DNA from: Pristiophorus japonicus
Lineage: Eukaryota
Length of the DNA: 64,000 nt
Assembly (NCBI RefSeq): GCF_044704955.1
Contig: NC_091990.1
Coordinates: forward strand, 165,912,001 to 165,976,000
Direction: 5' to 3'
Below, one piece after another: positions 22,901 through 36,314 of this stretch. Made by a program: the position numbers and the translations under genes. The notes below the pieces were generated by a model. The model was given only the letters and a program-made list of their open reading frames with translations, did no database searches and was not told the DNA's origin. Every line of letters starts with the position of its first letter. Within the stretch, counting starts at the first letter, position 1.

Positions 22901-24780
22901 AAAAAACTGTGTACTGCATGGGAGCTGGGTCAGCATCCCCGTTGAAATGCAAGAGCTAATCAAGCCGTTCCAGGATGAGCTGTCCATTCAGGCAGACTGC
23001 CTGTTGTGGGTTAACCCCGTAGTGCTTCCCAAAAAGGGCAGGGAGACGTTCATCTCGGATCTCCACAGCACACACACGGGTATAGTAATGATGAAAGCAA
23101 TAGCCAGATCCCACGTGTGGTGGCCCGGTATCAACTCTGACTTAGAGTCCTGTGTACGGCAATGCAGTGTGTGTGCTCAGTTGAGCAACGCGCCCAGAGA
23201 GGCACCACTAAGTTTGTGGTCCTGGCCCTCCAGACCATGGTCAAGGATCCATGTTGACTATGCGGGCCCGTTTCTCGGTAAAATGTTCCTGATCGTGGTG
23301 GATGCTTTTTCAAAATGAATTGAATGTGAAATAATGTCGGGAAGCTTCGCCACCGCCACCATTGAAAGCCTGAGGGCCATGTTTGCCACCCACGGCCTGC
23401 CTGACATACTGGTCAGTGACAACGGGCCATGTTTCACTAGTGCCGAATTTAAAGAATTCATGACCCGCAATGGGATCAAACATGTCACCTCGGCCCCGTT
23501 TAAACCAGCCTCCAATGGGCAGGCAGAGCGGGCAGTACAAACAAACAAGCCTTAAACGAGTCACAGAAGGCTCACTCCAAACCCGCCTGTCCCGAGTACT
23601 GCTCAGCTACCGCACGAGACCCCACTCGCTCACAGGGATGCCCCCGGCTGAGCTACTCATGAAAAGGACACTTAAAACCAGACTTTCGCTGGTTCACCCC
23701 AACCTGCATGATCAGATAGAGAGCAGGCGGCAGCAACAAAATGTAAACGATGGTCGTACCACTGTGTCACGGGAAATTGATCTGAATGACCCTGTGTATG
23801 TGCTAAACTATGGACATGGTACCAAGTGGATTGCGGGCACGGTGATAGCTAAAGAAGGGAGAAGGGTGTTTGTAGTCAAACTAGACAATGGACAAATTTG
23901 CAGAAAGCACCTGGACCAAACGAGGCTACGGTTCACAGACTGCCCTGAACAACCCACAGCAGACACCACCTTTTTCGAGCCCACAACACACACCCAAAGG
24001 ATCAACGACACCACCCCAGACCAGGAAATCAAACCCATCATGCCCACAGCCCAGCAAGGCCAGGCTCACCCAGCAGCCTTGCAGGGCCAACAACACGCCA
24101 GCCCAACGAGGGCACAGCCAACACACCAGAACAGACATTTGTACCGAGGCGGTCCACCAGAGAAAAAAAGGCTCCCGACCGCCTCACCTTGTAAATAGTT
24201 TTCGCTTTGACTTTGGGGGTGGGGGTGATGTGTGTCTGTAAAGCATGCACTCCCATGTTCCGCCACCAGGGTGTGCATCCCCTGAAGTCCCAAGGGATCC
24301 CAGCATCCCTTGGGAGCACTGTATCTAAGCCGGCCCCTCAGGCCTGTTCCTCACTCTGGAGTGTCTTAATAAAGACTGAGGTCACTGTTACTTTAACCTC
24401 CCTGTGTGCAGTCTCAACTATGTTAGGAACACAATACCCCCATCACAGTAATCTCCTCCGGCCCTACAAGCCTTCGAGGTACCTGCGATGCTCCAATTCT
24501 GGCATTTTGTTACTCCACCGATTTCAGTTACTCCACCGTTGCCGGCTTTCAGCTACCTGGGCCCTAAGCTCTGGAATTCCCGCCATAAAACTCTCTGCCT
24601 CACTCTCCTCGTTTAAGATGCTCCTTAAAACCTACCTCTTTTACCAAGCTTTTGTTCATCTGTCCTGACATATCCTTCTGTGGCTCGGTGTCAACATTTT
24701 TATTGATAATGCTCTTGTTAAGTGCCTTGGGACATTTTGCGATTTTAAAGGCGCGTTATAAATGCAAGTTGGTTTTGTTG
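19960..24780 (+). mobile_element. L2-type LINE 3' portion split by the Gypsy insertion (~19960-20385 and 24437-24780)
   Basis: Sequence is continuous across the insertion (catggccttgccccc | atcacagtaatctcctcc) and ends ataaatgcaagttggttttgttg. Confidence 0.6.
20386..24436 (+). mobile_element. Gypsy/Ty3 LTR retrotransposon with both LTRs, decayed
   Basis: 211-bp LTRs at 20386-20596 and 24226-24436; PBS TGGCGACGAG 20599-20608; G-rich PPT 24215-24225; CCCCC TSD; broken gag, protease, RT (FQDD) and integrase (HVDYAGP, SDNG, SNGQAER). Most of RNase H appears deleted near 22858. Confidence 0.95.
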
Positions 24781-25009
24781 CTGTCTGCTAGAAAGAGAAG
24801 AGGACATTTGTCATGGTTAATCAAAAAATGTGCTATTTTATATGAGTGGTGCATTATACTGAAAAATGCACAATACATTATTCAGCTGCTAAAATGGAGC
24901 TGTGTTTTAAGTTAGCCTCAAATTGCAAGTTTCAGCTTTTCAAGCTTTTGGTCTTCATGAGTCACAGATGTATATCAGGGTGAGTCAAGGGCCTCCAAGG
25001 CCTCATAAG

Positions 25010-27470
25010 AGCATAAGAATATAAGAAATAGGAGCAGGAGTAGGCCATACGGCCCCTCCGCCATTCAATAAGATCATGTCTGATCATCGACCTCAACTCC
25101 ACTTTCCTGCCCATTCTCCATAATTCCTTGATTCCCCATGATTCAAAAAATCTATCTATCTCAGCCTTGAATATCAGAGAGCATCCACAGCCCTCTGAGG
25201 CTTAGAATTCCAAAGATTCACAACCCTCTGCGTGAAGAAATTCCTCCTCATCGCTGTCTGTGACCCCCTAGTTCTGGACACTCCAGCCAGGGAAACAACC
25301 TCTCAGCATCTACCCTGTCAATCCCCTTCAGAATTTTGTATGTTTCAATGAAATCACCTCTCATTCTTCTAAACTCGAGAGAGTATAGGTCCATTCTACA
25401 CAATCCCTCATCATAAGACAACCCTCTCATCCCAGGAATCAATCTAGTGAACCTGTGTTGTACCGCCTCCAAAGCAAATATATCCTTCCTTAGACAAGGA
25501 GACCAAAAATGTGCACAGTACTCCAGGTGTGGTCTCACCAAGGCCCTGTACAATTGTAGCAAGACTTCCTTATTCTTAAAATCCAACCCCCTTGCAATAA
25601 AGGGGAACATGCCATTTGCCTTCCTTATTGCTTGCTGTACCTTCATGCTAGCTTTCTGTGTTTCTTGCACAAAGACACCCAAATCTCTCTGAACACCAAC
25701 ATTTAAAAGTTTCCCACCATTTAAAAAATATTCTGTTTTTCCATTCTTTCTACCAAAGTGAATAACCTCACATTTCCCCACATTATATTCCATCTGCCAC
25801 TTTACTGCCCACATGCTTTGAGTTCTCCTCACAGTTTACTGTCCCACCTAGCTTTGTATCATCAGCAAACTTGGATACATTACACTCAGTCCCTTTATCT
25901 AAATCATTAATATAGATTGCAAATAGCTGAAGCCCCAGCACTGATCCTTGCTGCAACCCACTAGTTACAGCCTGCCAACCTGAAAAAGACCCGATTATTC
26001 CTTGTCTGTTTTCTGTCCGTTAACCAATCCTCTCTATTCATGCTAATACATTACCTCCAATCCAATAATCCCTTATCTTGTGTAATAACCTTTTATGTGG
26101 CACCTTATCGAATGCTTTTTGGAAATCCAAATATACCATATCCACTGGTTCCCCTTTATCTACCCTGCTAGTTACATCCTCAAAAAACTCTTAATAAATT
26201 AGTCAAACATGATTTCCCTTTCATAAAACCATGTTGACTCTGCATAAACATGTTATGATTTTCTAAATGCCCTGATACCATTTCCTTAACAATGGATTCC
26301 AGCATTTTCCCAACAACTGATGTCAGGCTAACTGGCCTGCAGTTTCCTGTTTTCTCTTTCCCTCCTTTCTTGAATAGTGGTGTTACATTTGCTACCTTCC
26401 GATCCATTGGGACCGTGCTAGAATATAAGGAATTTTGAAAGATCAAAACCAATGCATCCACTATCTCTGCAGCCACCTCGTTTAGAACCCTAGGATTTAA
26501 GCCGTCAGGTCCAGGGGATTTGTCGGCTTTTAGTCCCATTAGTTTCTCTAGTATTTTTTATCTCCTATTATTAATTACATTAAGTTCCTCACCCTCATTA
26601 GACCTTTGGTTCCACACCATTTTAGGTTTGCTTTTTGCTGTGAAGACTGATACAAAATATTTAACGTTTCTGCCATTCCCTTAATCCCCATAATAATTTC
26701 TCCTGCCTCAGCCTCTAAGGGACTAATGTTTACTTTTGCTACTCTCTTCCTTTTTACATACTTGTAGAAGCTCTTACCATCTATTTTTATATTTCTTGCT
26801 AGTTTTCTCTCATTGTCTATTTTTTCCCTTAACAATTTTTTGGACATCCTTTCCTGGTTTCTGAAACGCTCGCAATCCTCAGGCTTACTACTATTCTTTG
26901 CAACATTATAAGTTTTTTCTTTCAATCTAATGCTATCCTTAACTTCTTTGGTTAGCCACGGATGGATCACGTTTCCTGTGGAGTTTTTGTTTCTCAATGT
27001 AATGTATTTTTGTTGAGAATTATGAAATAATTCTTTAAATGCTAGCCACTGCTTATCTACTGCCATATCTTGTAATCTATTTTTCCAATCTACCTTAGCC
27101 AATTCACCCTTCATACCTATGTAATTGGCTTTGTTTAAATTTAAGACTCTAGTTTCAGACTTAGGCAAGTCACTCTCAAACATAATGTGAAATTCTATTG
27201 TATTATGATCACTCTGCTCCAGAGGATCCTTTACAATGAGATTGCTAATTAACCCTGTTTCACAACACAAGACAAAATCTAGAATCGTCTGTTCCCTGGT
27301 TGGTTCCATGACGTATTGTTCTAGGAAACTATATCGAATGCATTCCATGAACTCGTCCTCCAGACTACCTTTGCCAATTTGATTTGTCCAGTCTATATGA
27401 AGATTAAAGTTCACCATGATTATTTCATTACCTTTGTTGCAAACTCCTACTATTTCTTGATTAATATTCT
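25010..27470 (-). mobile_element. CR1 LINE, decayed
   Basis: ORFs 26575-27417, 26180-26539 and 25248-25832; cataagaa-type tail. Confidence 0.9.
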
Positions 27471-27484
27471 TTCATACAAAGTTG

Positions 27485-27764
27485 TATTGTGTCTGTAAGC
27501 ACTCTAGTAATGACTCCACGAGGTAAGGTATTGTACTTGAACTGTGGTGACCTTAGTCCATTTATTGCAGCTCCTGAGTGAGGGTACAGCAAGGCGAGCT
27601 CTCTTTTATACCGGGTTACCTGTCGTGTACAGGTGACCCCTAGGTCTCCACCAGTTGCACCCTCTGGTGGTACAAGCACAGTATATACAGTGTGAAGGTA
27701 CATCCAGTAGTCTTATGTAACTGTACATTGCGTGTACAGGGAGTATACTTATACTAACACAACA
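27485..27764 (-). mobile_element. Gypsy solo LTR
   Basis: On - strand TGTTG...ACAATA with TATAAA and AATAAA; flanks AGTTG / CGTTG (5-bp TSD, one mismatch). Confidence 0.7.
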
Positions 27765-27977
27765 CGTTGATTTCAATGTCTCCATTGATTTGCATAAATC
27801 TCAATTTGCCGAGACTAATAGATCTTGGTGTTCTGGTTTTAGGATTAATCCATAAGCAACAGCACTGAGACAACCCATCCCAATTTTCTGGGCCCACAAA
27901 ATTCAAACAGAACAAACCATCAAATAAGAAATCTAAGCACATGGATTACATGGCTTGGCTTAGTGGACAAGATTATT

Positions 27978-30167
27978 AGTCTATAATTACCCATTTTCTC
28001 TCTCCCTCCTTTTTTAAAAAGTGGTGTTACATTAGCTACCCTCCAGTACATAGGGACTGATCCAGAGTCGATAGACTGTTGAAAAATGATCACCAATGCA
28101 CCCACTATTTTAGGGCCACTTCCTTAAGTACTCTGGGATGCAGACTATCAGGCCCCGGGGATTTATCAGCCTTCAATCCCATCAATTTCCCTAACACAAT
28201 TTCCTGCCTAATAAGGATATCCTTCAGTTCCTCCTTCTCACTAGACCCACTGTCCCCTAGTACATTCGGAATGATATTTGTGTCTTCCTTTGTGAAGACA
28301 GAACCGAAGTATTTGTTCTGTTGGTCTGCCATTTCTTTGTTCCCCATTATAAATTCACCTGAATCCAACTGCAAGGAACCGAAGTTTGTCTTCACTAATC
28401 TTTTTCTCTTCACATATTTATAGAAGCTTTTGCAGTCAGTTTTTATGTTCCCTGCAAGCTTCTTCTCGTATTCTATTTTTCCCCTCTTAATTAAACCCTT
28501 AGTCCTCCTCTGTTGAATTCTAAATTTCTCCCAGTCCTCAGGTTTGCTGCTTTTTCTGGCCAATTTATATGCCTCTTCCTTGGCTTTAACACTATCTTTA
28601 ATTTCCCTTGTTAGCCACGGTTGAGCCACCTTCCCCGTTTTATTTTTACTCCAGACAGAGATGTACAATTGCTGAAGTTCATCCATGTGATCTTTAAATG
28701 TTTGCCATTGCTTATCCACCGTCAACCCTTTCAGTATCCTTTGCCAGTCTATTCTAGCCAATTCACGCCTCATACTGTCGAAGTTACCATTCCTTAAGTT
28801 CAGGACCCTAGTTTCCGAATTAATTGTGTCACTCTCCATCTTAATAAAGAATTCTACCATATTATGGTCACTCTTCCCCAAGGGGCCTCGCACAACAAGA
28901 TTGCTAATTAGTCCCTTCTCATTACACATCACCCAGTCTAGGATGGCCTGCCCTCTAGTTGGTTCCTCAACATATTGGTCTAGAAAACTATCCCCAATAC
29001 ACTCCAGGAAATCCTCCTCCGCCACATTGCTACCAGTTTGGTTCGCCCAATCAATATGTAGATTATAGTCGCCCATGATAATTGCTGTACCTTTATTGCA
29101 TACATCCCTTATTTCTTGTTTGATGCTGTCCCCAACCTCACTACTACTGTTTGGTGGTCTGTACACAACTCCCATTGGCGTTTTCTGCCCTTTGGAATTC
29201 CATAGCTCCACCCATACCGATTCCACATCATCCAGGCTAATATCCCTCCTTACTATTGCATTAATTTCCTCTTTAACCAGCAACGCCACCCCGCCTCCTT
29301 TTCCTCTTTGCCTATCCTTCCTAAATGTTGAATACCCCTGGATGTTGAGTTCCCAGCCTTGGTCACCCTGCAGCCACGTCTCCGTGATGCCAATTACATC
29401 ATATCCGTTAACTGCCATCTGCGCAGTTAATTCGTCCACTTTATTCCGAATACTCCTCGCATTGAGGCACAGAGTCTTCAGGCTTGTCTTTTTAACACAC
29501 TTTGCCCCTTTAGAATTTTTCGGTAATGTGGCTCATTTTGTTTTTTGCCTTGGGTTTCTCTGCCCTCCACTTTTACTATTCTTCTTTCTATCTTTTGCTT
29601 CTGCCTTCATTTTATTTCCCTCTGCCTCCCTGCATAGGTTCCCATTTGCCTTGCCATGTTAGTTTAATTCCTCCCCAACAGCACGAGCAAACAGTTCACC
29701 TCGGACATTGGTTCCAGTCCTGCCCAGGTGCAGACCGTCCGGTTTGTACTGGTCCCACCTCCCCCAGAACCGGTTCCAATGTCCCAGGAATTTGAGGATA
29801 ATGGGTAAGCCATTTAGGACTGAGATGAGGAGAAACTTCTTCACTCAGAGCGTTGTTAACCTGTGGAATTCCCTACCGCAGAGAGTTGTTGATACCAGTT
29901 CATTGGATATATTCAAGAGGGGGTTAGATATGACCCTTACGGCTAAGGGGATCAAGGATTATAGAGAGAAAGCAGGAAAGGGGTACTGCACCTATTTTCT
30001 ATCTCCCCCCTTCTTACCTACTCTCCATCTATATTCAAATTCTGGCATCTCTGGAGAGAAAGCAGGAATGGGGTACTGAGTGAATGATCAGCCATGATCT
30101 TAATGAATGGTGGTGCAGTCTCGAAGGGCCAAATGGCCTACCCCTGCACCTATTTTCTATGTTTCTA
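27978..30167. mobile_element. CR1 with inverted 5' portion (- strand ~27978-29792; + strand 3' end ~29793-30167)
   Basis: - strand ORF1 C-terminus plus endonuclease (444-aa ORF 28105-29439) joined head-to-head to + strand RIMGKPFRTEMRRNFF and the CR1 3' UTR. Confidence 0.85.
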
Positions 30168-30325
30168 CCCCATCTCTGCCCGTATCCCATGCACTGTCAC
30201 TTTCTTGGTGTTCTCATCTGCCCTGTGTCGTTTCCTCTCCCTACTTTCATCTATCTCCTGTCCTTTTCCACTCTTTGACTTTCTCTCCATTTCACCCTCA
30301 CCCTTCTCTTCTAAACCTGTTCCCC

Positions 30326-30454
30326 ATTGGCGCAGCCGGCCAATCCCGCTTCCCCCCTTGCATTGACCGTATGACGTAAGCATTGTGGCGTCATGGATGG
30401 GGCGGGGCGACCTGGTTGTCAACGGCGCCAACCGTCACCCTGCTGAAGATGGCG
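30326..30454 (+). promoter_or_regulatory. CpG-rich promoter of the COX6A-like gene
   Basis: ATTGG 30326-30330, CCAAT 30340-30344, TGACGTAA 30372-30379, GCGTCA 30388-30393, GC box 30399-30407, YY1-like AAGATGGCG over the start codon. Confidence 0.7.
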
Positions 30455-30533
30455 CGACGGCTGGGAGCGAGAGGGTTCCGCATCGGCACAACCTTCGCTT
30501 CAGCCAGCCAGGCACCTGGCCGCCCTGCGGCAG
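30449..30533 (+). CDS. COX6A: COX6A-family exon 1, mitochondrial presequence MARRLGARGFRIGTTFASASQAPGRPAA
   Basis: Strong Kozak aagATGG; Arg-rich, acid-free presequence then ASA; donor CAG|GTAAA in phase 1, matching exon 2. Confidence 0.8.
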
Positions 30534-31039
30534 GTAAAATAAAGACAAAACAACACCGAGCGATCAAACAATCATCTCAGTAAAACTCAAATAAGAATTT
30601 GCAAACGCGCGAAAACTGATTGACAATCGCAGAGCACGAGCCAGAAACGCGCTGCCATCTTGTTTGAAAAATATAACCGTCCCCCGGGGGGCGGGGCTTG
30701 TCCGTCAGTTTAGCGCGTCAAGATTTAAATCACGCCGCCCCTGGGGGAGGGGAGGGGCTGGCTGTATATATTATATATCGGTATGGGGAGTGTTGGAGTG
30801 ACACCTGAAAGCAGTAACATGACCTGCAACCTCATTTATAGCTCAGTGACATTTCATCAATCAAAATGACCCACCCCTATTTCATAAGAATAACATTTGG
30901 TAGGTGTGTTCCTTGAAACAACTTTGTCAATTGTAACTATTTGCAAGATCTTGACATTGATTGTCATGAAGAAAGACCAGACACACCTAAGTTCTGTGTA
31001 TATATATATATATCATCATCATAGGCAGTCCCTCAGAAT

Positions 31040-34000
31040 CATAGAAACAAAGAAAATAGGTGCAGGAGTAGGCCATTTGAGCCTGCACCACCATTCAATA
31101 AGATCATGGCTGATCATCCACCTCAGTACCCTTTTCCTGCTTTCTCTCCATACCCCTTGACCCCTTGAGCCGTAAGGGCCATGTCTAACTCCCTCTTGAA
31201 TATATCCAATGAACTGGCATCAACAACTCTGTACGGTAGCGAGTTCCACAGGTTAACAACTCTCTGAGTGAAGAAGTTTCTCCTCATCTCAGTCTTAAAA
31301 GGCCTACCCCTTATCCTAAGACTGTGTCCCCTGGTTCTGGACTTCCCCAACAGCAGGAACATTCTACCCGCATCTAACCTGTCCCTTCCCGTCAGAATCT
31401 TATATGTTTCTATGAAATCCCCTCTCATCCTTCTAAACTCCAATGTATAAAGGCCCAGTTGATCCAGTCTCTCCTCATATGTCAGTCCAGCCATTCCTGG
31501 AATCAGTCTGGTGAACCTTCGCTGCACTCCCCCAATAGCAAGAACGTCCTTCCTCAGATTAGGAGACCAAAACTGAATATAATATTCCAGGTGAGGCCTT
31601 ACCAAGGCCCTGAACAACTGCAGTAAGACCTCCCTGCTCCTATACTCAAATCCTCTAGCTATGAAGGCCAATATACCATTTGCCTTCTTCACCGCCTGCT
31701 GTACCTGTATGACAACATTCAATGACTGATGAACCATGACACCCAGGTCTCGTTGCATCTCGCCTTTTCCTAATCTGCTGCCATTCAGATAATATTCTGT
31801 CTTTGCATTTTTGCTCCCAGAGTGGATAACCTCACATTTATCCACATTATACTGCATCTGCCATGCATTTGCCCACTCAACTAACCTGTCCAAATCACCC
31901 TACAGCCTCCTAGCAACCCCCTCACAGCTTACACCGCCACCCAGTTTAGTGTCATCTGCAAACTTGGAGATATTACACTCAATTCCTTCATCCAAATCAT
32001 TGATGTATATTGTAAAGAGCTGGGGTCCCAGCACTGAGCCCTGCGGCACTCCACTAGTCACTGCCTCCCATTCTGAAAAGGACCCGTTTATCCCGACGCT
32101 CTGCTTCCTCTCTGCCAGCCAGTTCTCTATCCACGTCAGTATATTACCCCTAATACCATGTGCTTTGATTTTGCACACCAATCTCTTGTGTGGGACCTTG
32201 TCAAATGCCTTTTGAAAATCCAAATACACCACATCCACTGGTTCTCCCTTGTCCACTCTACTAGTTACATCCTCAAAAAATTCCAGAAGATTTGTCAAGC
32301 ATGATTTCCCCTTCATAAATCCATGCTGACTTGGACCGATTCTGTCACTGTTTTCCAAATGCGCTGCTATTTCATCCTTAATAATTGATTCCAACATTTT
32401 CCCCACTACTGATGTCAGGCTAAGCGGTCTATAATTACCCGCTTTCTCTCTCCTTCCCTTTTTAAAAAGTGGTGTTACATTTGCTATCCTCCAGTCCAGA
32501 GGAACTGATCCAGAGTCGATAGACTGTTGGAAAATGATCACCAATGCATCCACTATTTCTAGGGCCACTTCCTTAAGTACTCTGGGATGCAGACTATCAG
32601 GTCCCGGGGATTTAGCGAGCTTCAATCCCATCAATGTCCCTAACACAATTTCCCGCCTAATAATGATATCCTTCAGTTCCTCCTTCTCACTAGACCCTCG
32701 GTCCCCTAGTACTTCCGGAAGGTTATTTGTGTCTTCCTTAGTGAAGACAGAACCAAAGTATTTGTTCAATTGGTCTGCCATTTCTTTGTTCCCCATTATA
32801 AATTCATCTGAATCTGACTGCAAGGGACCTATGTTTGTCTTCACTAATCTTTTTCTCTTCACATATCTATAGAAGCTTTTGCAGTCAGTTTTTATGTTCC
32901 CGGCAAGCTTCTTCTCGTACTCTATTGTCCCCCTCTTAATTAAACCCTTTGTCCTCCTCTGCTGAATTCTAAATTTCTCCCAGTCCTCAGTTTGTTGCTT
33001 TTTCTGGCCAATTTATATGCCTATTCCTTGGATTTAACACTATCCTTAATTTCCCTTGCTAGCCACAGTTGAGCCACCTTCCCCGTTTTATTTTTACTCC
33101 AGACAGGGATGTTCAATTGTTGAAGTTCATCCATGTGATCCTTAAATGTTTGCCATTGTCTATCCACCATTAACCCTTTAAGTATTATTTGCCAGTCTAT
33201 TCTAGCCAATTCACTCCTCAAACCATCGAAGTTATCTTTCCTTAAGTTCAGGACCTGAGTTTCGGAATTAACTGTGTCACTCTCCATCTTAATAAAGAAT
33301 TCTACCATGTTATGGTCACTCTTCCCCAAGGGGCCTCGCACAACAAGATTGCTAATTAGTCCTTTCTCATTACACATCACCAAGTCTAGGATGGCCAGCC
33401 CTCTAGTTGGTTCCTCGACATATTGGTCTAGAAAATCATCCCTAATACACTCCAGGAAATCCTCCTCCACCGTATTGCTACCAGTTTGGTTAGCCCAATC
33501 AATATATAGATTAAAGTCACCCATGATAACTGCTGTACCTTTATTGCATGCATCCCTAATTTCTTGTTTGATGCTGACACCCACCTTACAACTACTGTTT
33601 GGTGGTCTGTACACAACTCCCACTAGCGTTTTCTGCCCTTCGGTATTCAGTAGCTCCACCCCTACCGATTCCACATCATCCAAGCTAATGTCCTTTCTTA
33701 CGATTGCATTAATTTCTTCTTTAGCCAGCAATGCCACCCCGCCACCTTTTCCTTTCAGTCTATCCTTCCTAAATGTTGAATACCCCTGGATGTTGAGTTC
33801 CCAGCCTTGCTCACCCTGGAGCAATGTCTCTGTGATGCCAATTGCATCATATCCGTTAACTGCTATCTGCGCAGTTAATTCGGAATACTTATTCCGAATA
33901 CTCCTCACATTGAGGCACAGAGCATTCAGGATTGTCTTTCTAACACTTAGCCCTTTTAGAATTTTGGTGTAATGTGGCCCCTTTAGCTTTTTGCCTCAGG

Positions 34001-34742
34001 TTTCTCTGCCGTCCACTTTTACTTTTCTTCCTTCTATCTTTTGCTTCTGCCCCCATTCTACTTCCCTCTGTCTCCTTGCATCGGTTCCCATCCCCCCTGC
34101 CATGTTAGTTTAACTCCTCCCCAACAGCATTAGCAAACACTCCCTCTAGGACATTGGTTCCGGTCCTCCCCAGGTGCAGACCGTCCGGTTTGTACTGGTC
34201 CCACCTTCCCCAGAACCAGTTCCAATGTCGCAGGAATTTGAATCCCTCCCTTCTGCACCACCCCTCAAGCCAGGTATTCATCTGAGCTATCCTGCGATTC
34301 CTACTCTGACTAGCACGTGGCACTGGTAGCAATCCTGAGATTACTACTTTTGAGGTCCTACTTTTTTAATTTAGCTCCTAGCTCCCCAAATTCAGCTTGT
34401 AGGACCTCATCCCGTTTTCTACCTATATCGTTGGTACCTATATGCACCACGACAACTGGCTGTTCACCCTCCCTTTTCAGAATGTCCTGCACCCGCTCCG
34501 AGACATCCTTGACCCTTGCACCAGGGAGGCACCATACCATCCTGGAGTCTCGGTTGTGGCTGCAGAAACGTCTATCTATTCCCCTTACAATTGAATCCCC
34601 TATCACTATAGCTCTCCCACTCTTTTTCCTGCTCTCCTGTGCAGTAGAGCCACGTACGGTGCTGTGAACTTGGCTGCTGCTGCCTTACCCCTCACATGTT
34701 GAGTCATCCCCCTCAACAGTACCCAAAACGGTGTATCTGTTT
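31040..34742 (-). mobile_element. Near-full-length CR1 LINE (esterase ORF1 + EN/RT ORF2), decayed
   Basis: IGDSIVR and VHIGTND in ORF1 (34358-34606); ORF2 pieces 33021-33908, 31900-32862 and 31123-31893. Confidence 0.92.
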
Positions 34743-35770
34743 GCACATTCGCTGGAAGTGCCCCATTGTTCCAGAGCCCTTGCACACGTAGTGCTTGAAT
34801 CGACATTGATGGGCTCTATGATTGCCCCTGCAGCGCCAACATAGTGTTAATGGATTCGCATTCAAGCCCCACAGCAGACTCTGAGTCATCCTAGGTCTGG
34901 CCTCTGCAGGCGTGTAGGCCCTGCCATGTACAGTTCTGCCGCTGAAGGCGTTATTTTATGCACAGTACTTGCCACTAAGCTTCGATGCTGCAAAGATATC
35001 TGTTTAATGTTATCATTCGTGGACATGAAAGTCTGGGCTATCATGATGGCCTTGCTCAGATGTAGGGATTCGGCAGACAACAGTTTGCGAAGAATGACCT
35101 CATGGCCGATTCCAAGCACGAAATAGTCCCGCAACATTTCTCCCAAAAATACAACAAATTCGCACGGTCCCGCAAGGCGTCTTAGGTTGGCAACATAGCT
35201 CGTCACGTTCTGGCCCTCGGAGCAATGGTACGTGTAAAAGCAATACCTGGCCTTTAAGATGCTCTCCTTCGGCTTGAGGTGTTCCCGAACCAGCGTGCAC
35301 AACTCTGTATATGTCTTGTCCGTTGGTTTCGTCGGTGCTAGCAGATGTTTGATGAGGCCATATATCATGGAACCACAAACAGTGAGGAGAATTGCCCTGC
35401 GCTTGACCGCGGTTTCTTCCGTATCCAGCTCGTTGGCCACGAAGTACTGGTCAAGACGCTCAACGAAGGCTTCCCAATCTTCACCCTCAACAAATCTCTC
35501 AAGAATACCAACGGCAGCTATAACCACTTGAAAGTTCGTGATCTGTTACTCGTCACCAATTGTTGTGTTCAGAATAACTCCACAAGACTGTATACTGTAA
35601 GCTCAAACTGTTGTGACCTTGGTCTCTTTAATGTAACTCCAGAGTGAGGAAGCAAGGTAGACTACCTTTTATACCTGCTTGCCCGGGGTGTGTAGGTCAC
35701 CCTTGGGCCTCCAACAGATGCGCCCCCTGGTGGCAAGTCTTACACACTAGTAAAGTCTACATACATAACA
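34740..35770 (-). mobile_element. Gypsy 5' LTR + PBS + gag fragment
   Basis: LTR 35561-35770 (TG..CA); PBS TGGTGACGAG 35549-35558; gag ORF 34886-35527; zinc-knuckle remnant CWRCRGNHRAHQCRFK at ~34790-34845. Confidence 0.88.
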
Positions 35771-36314
35771 GTTCATAAGTCATTTTTGTAGTTAGTACTG
35801 TGGGGACACATTGCATTTGAGAGAATGTGCTGTGCAAGTACTGAAATGTGACCTAGTTTGAATCAGCTGTGCTTCTAGTTTTTTATCACGTGGTGGCAGT
35901 AAAAGCATGAGAATATAATATCTATGATGCTGAGTGTGGAAATGGTTAGGCTGGAAATGGTAGTAGACTAACCTATCAAAGCTGTGACTGTCTCAAGATA
36001 TTTTTAAGGGTCTGTATCAATATATGCCAATAATCCTTGCCCTGTCGGTCCATATCCACATAATCTGTTGAACATAGAATATCCTCTTCATTCTATTAAA
36101 GAATTATTTCAATGATCTGTAATATAACAGTTACTCATCGTATCAGAATAAAATTCAACATTTAATCCTTGCCTGTGCAACTGGCATATTATTAAAGATG
36201 TGAATTCCCTGAAAATTGAGAATATCTTTGGACTTGCTCATGTTGGAATGAGCATCATATATGTTTTAGCGATGAAATCACTTCCTCTATCTATTAAAAA
36301 CAAACATAGAAGAT

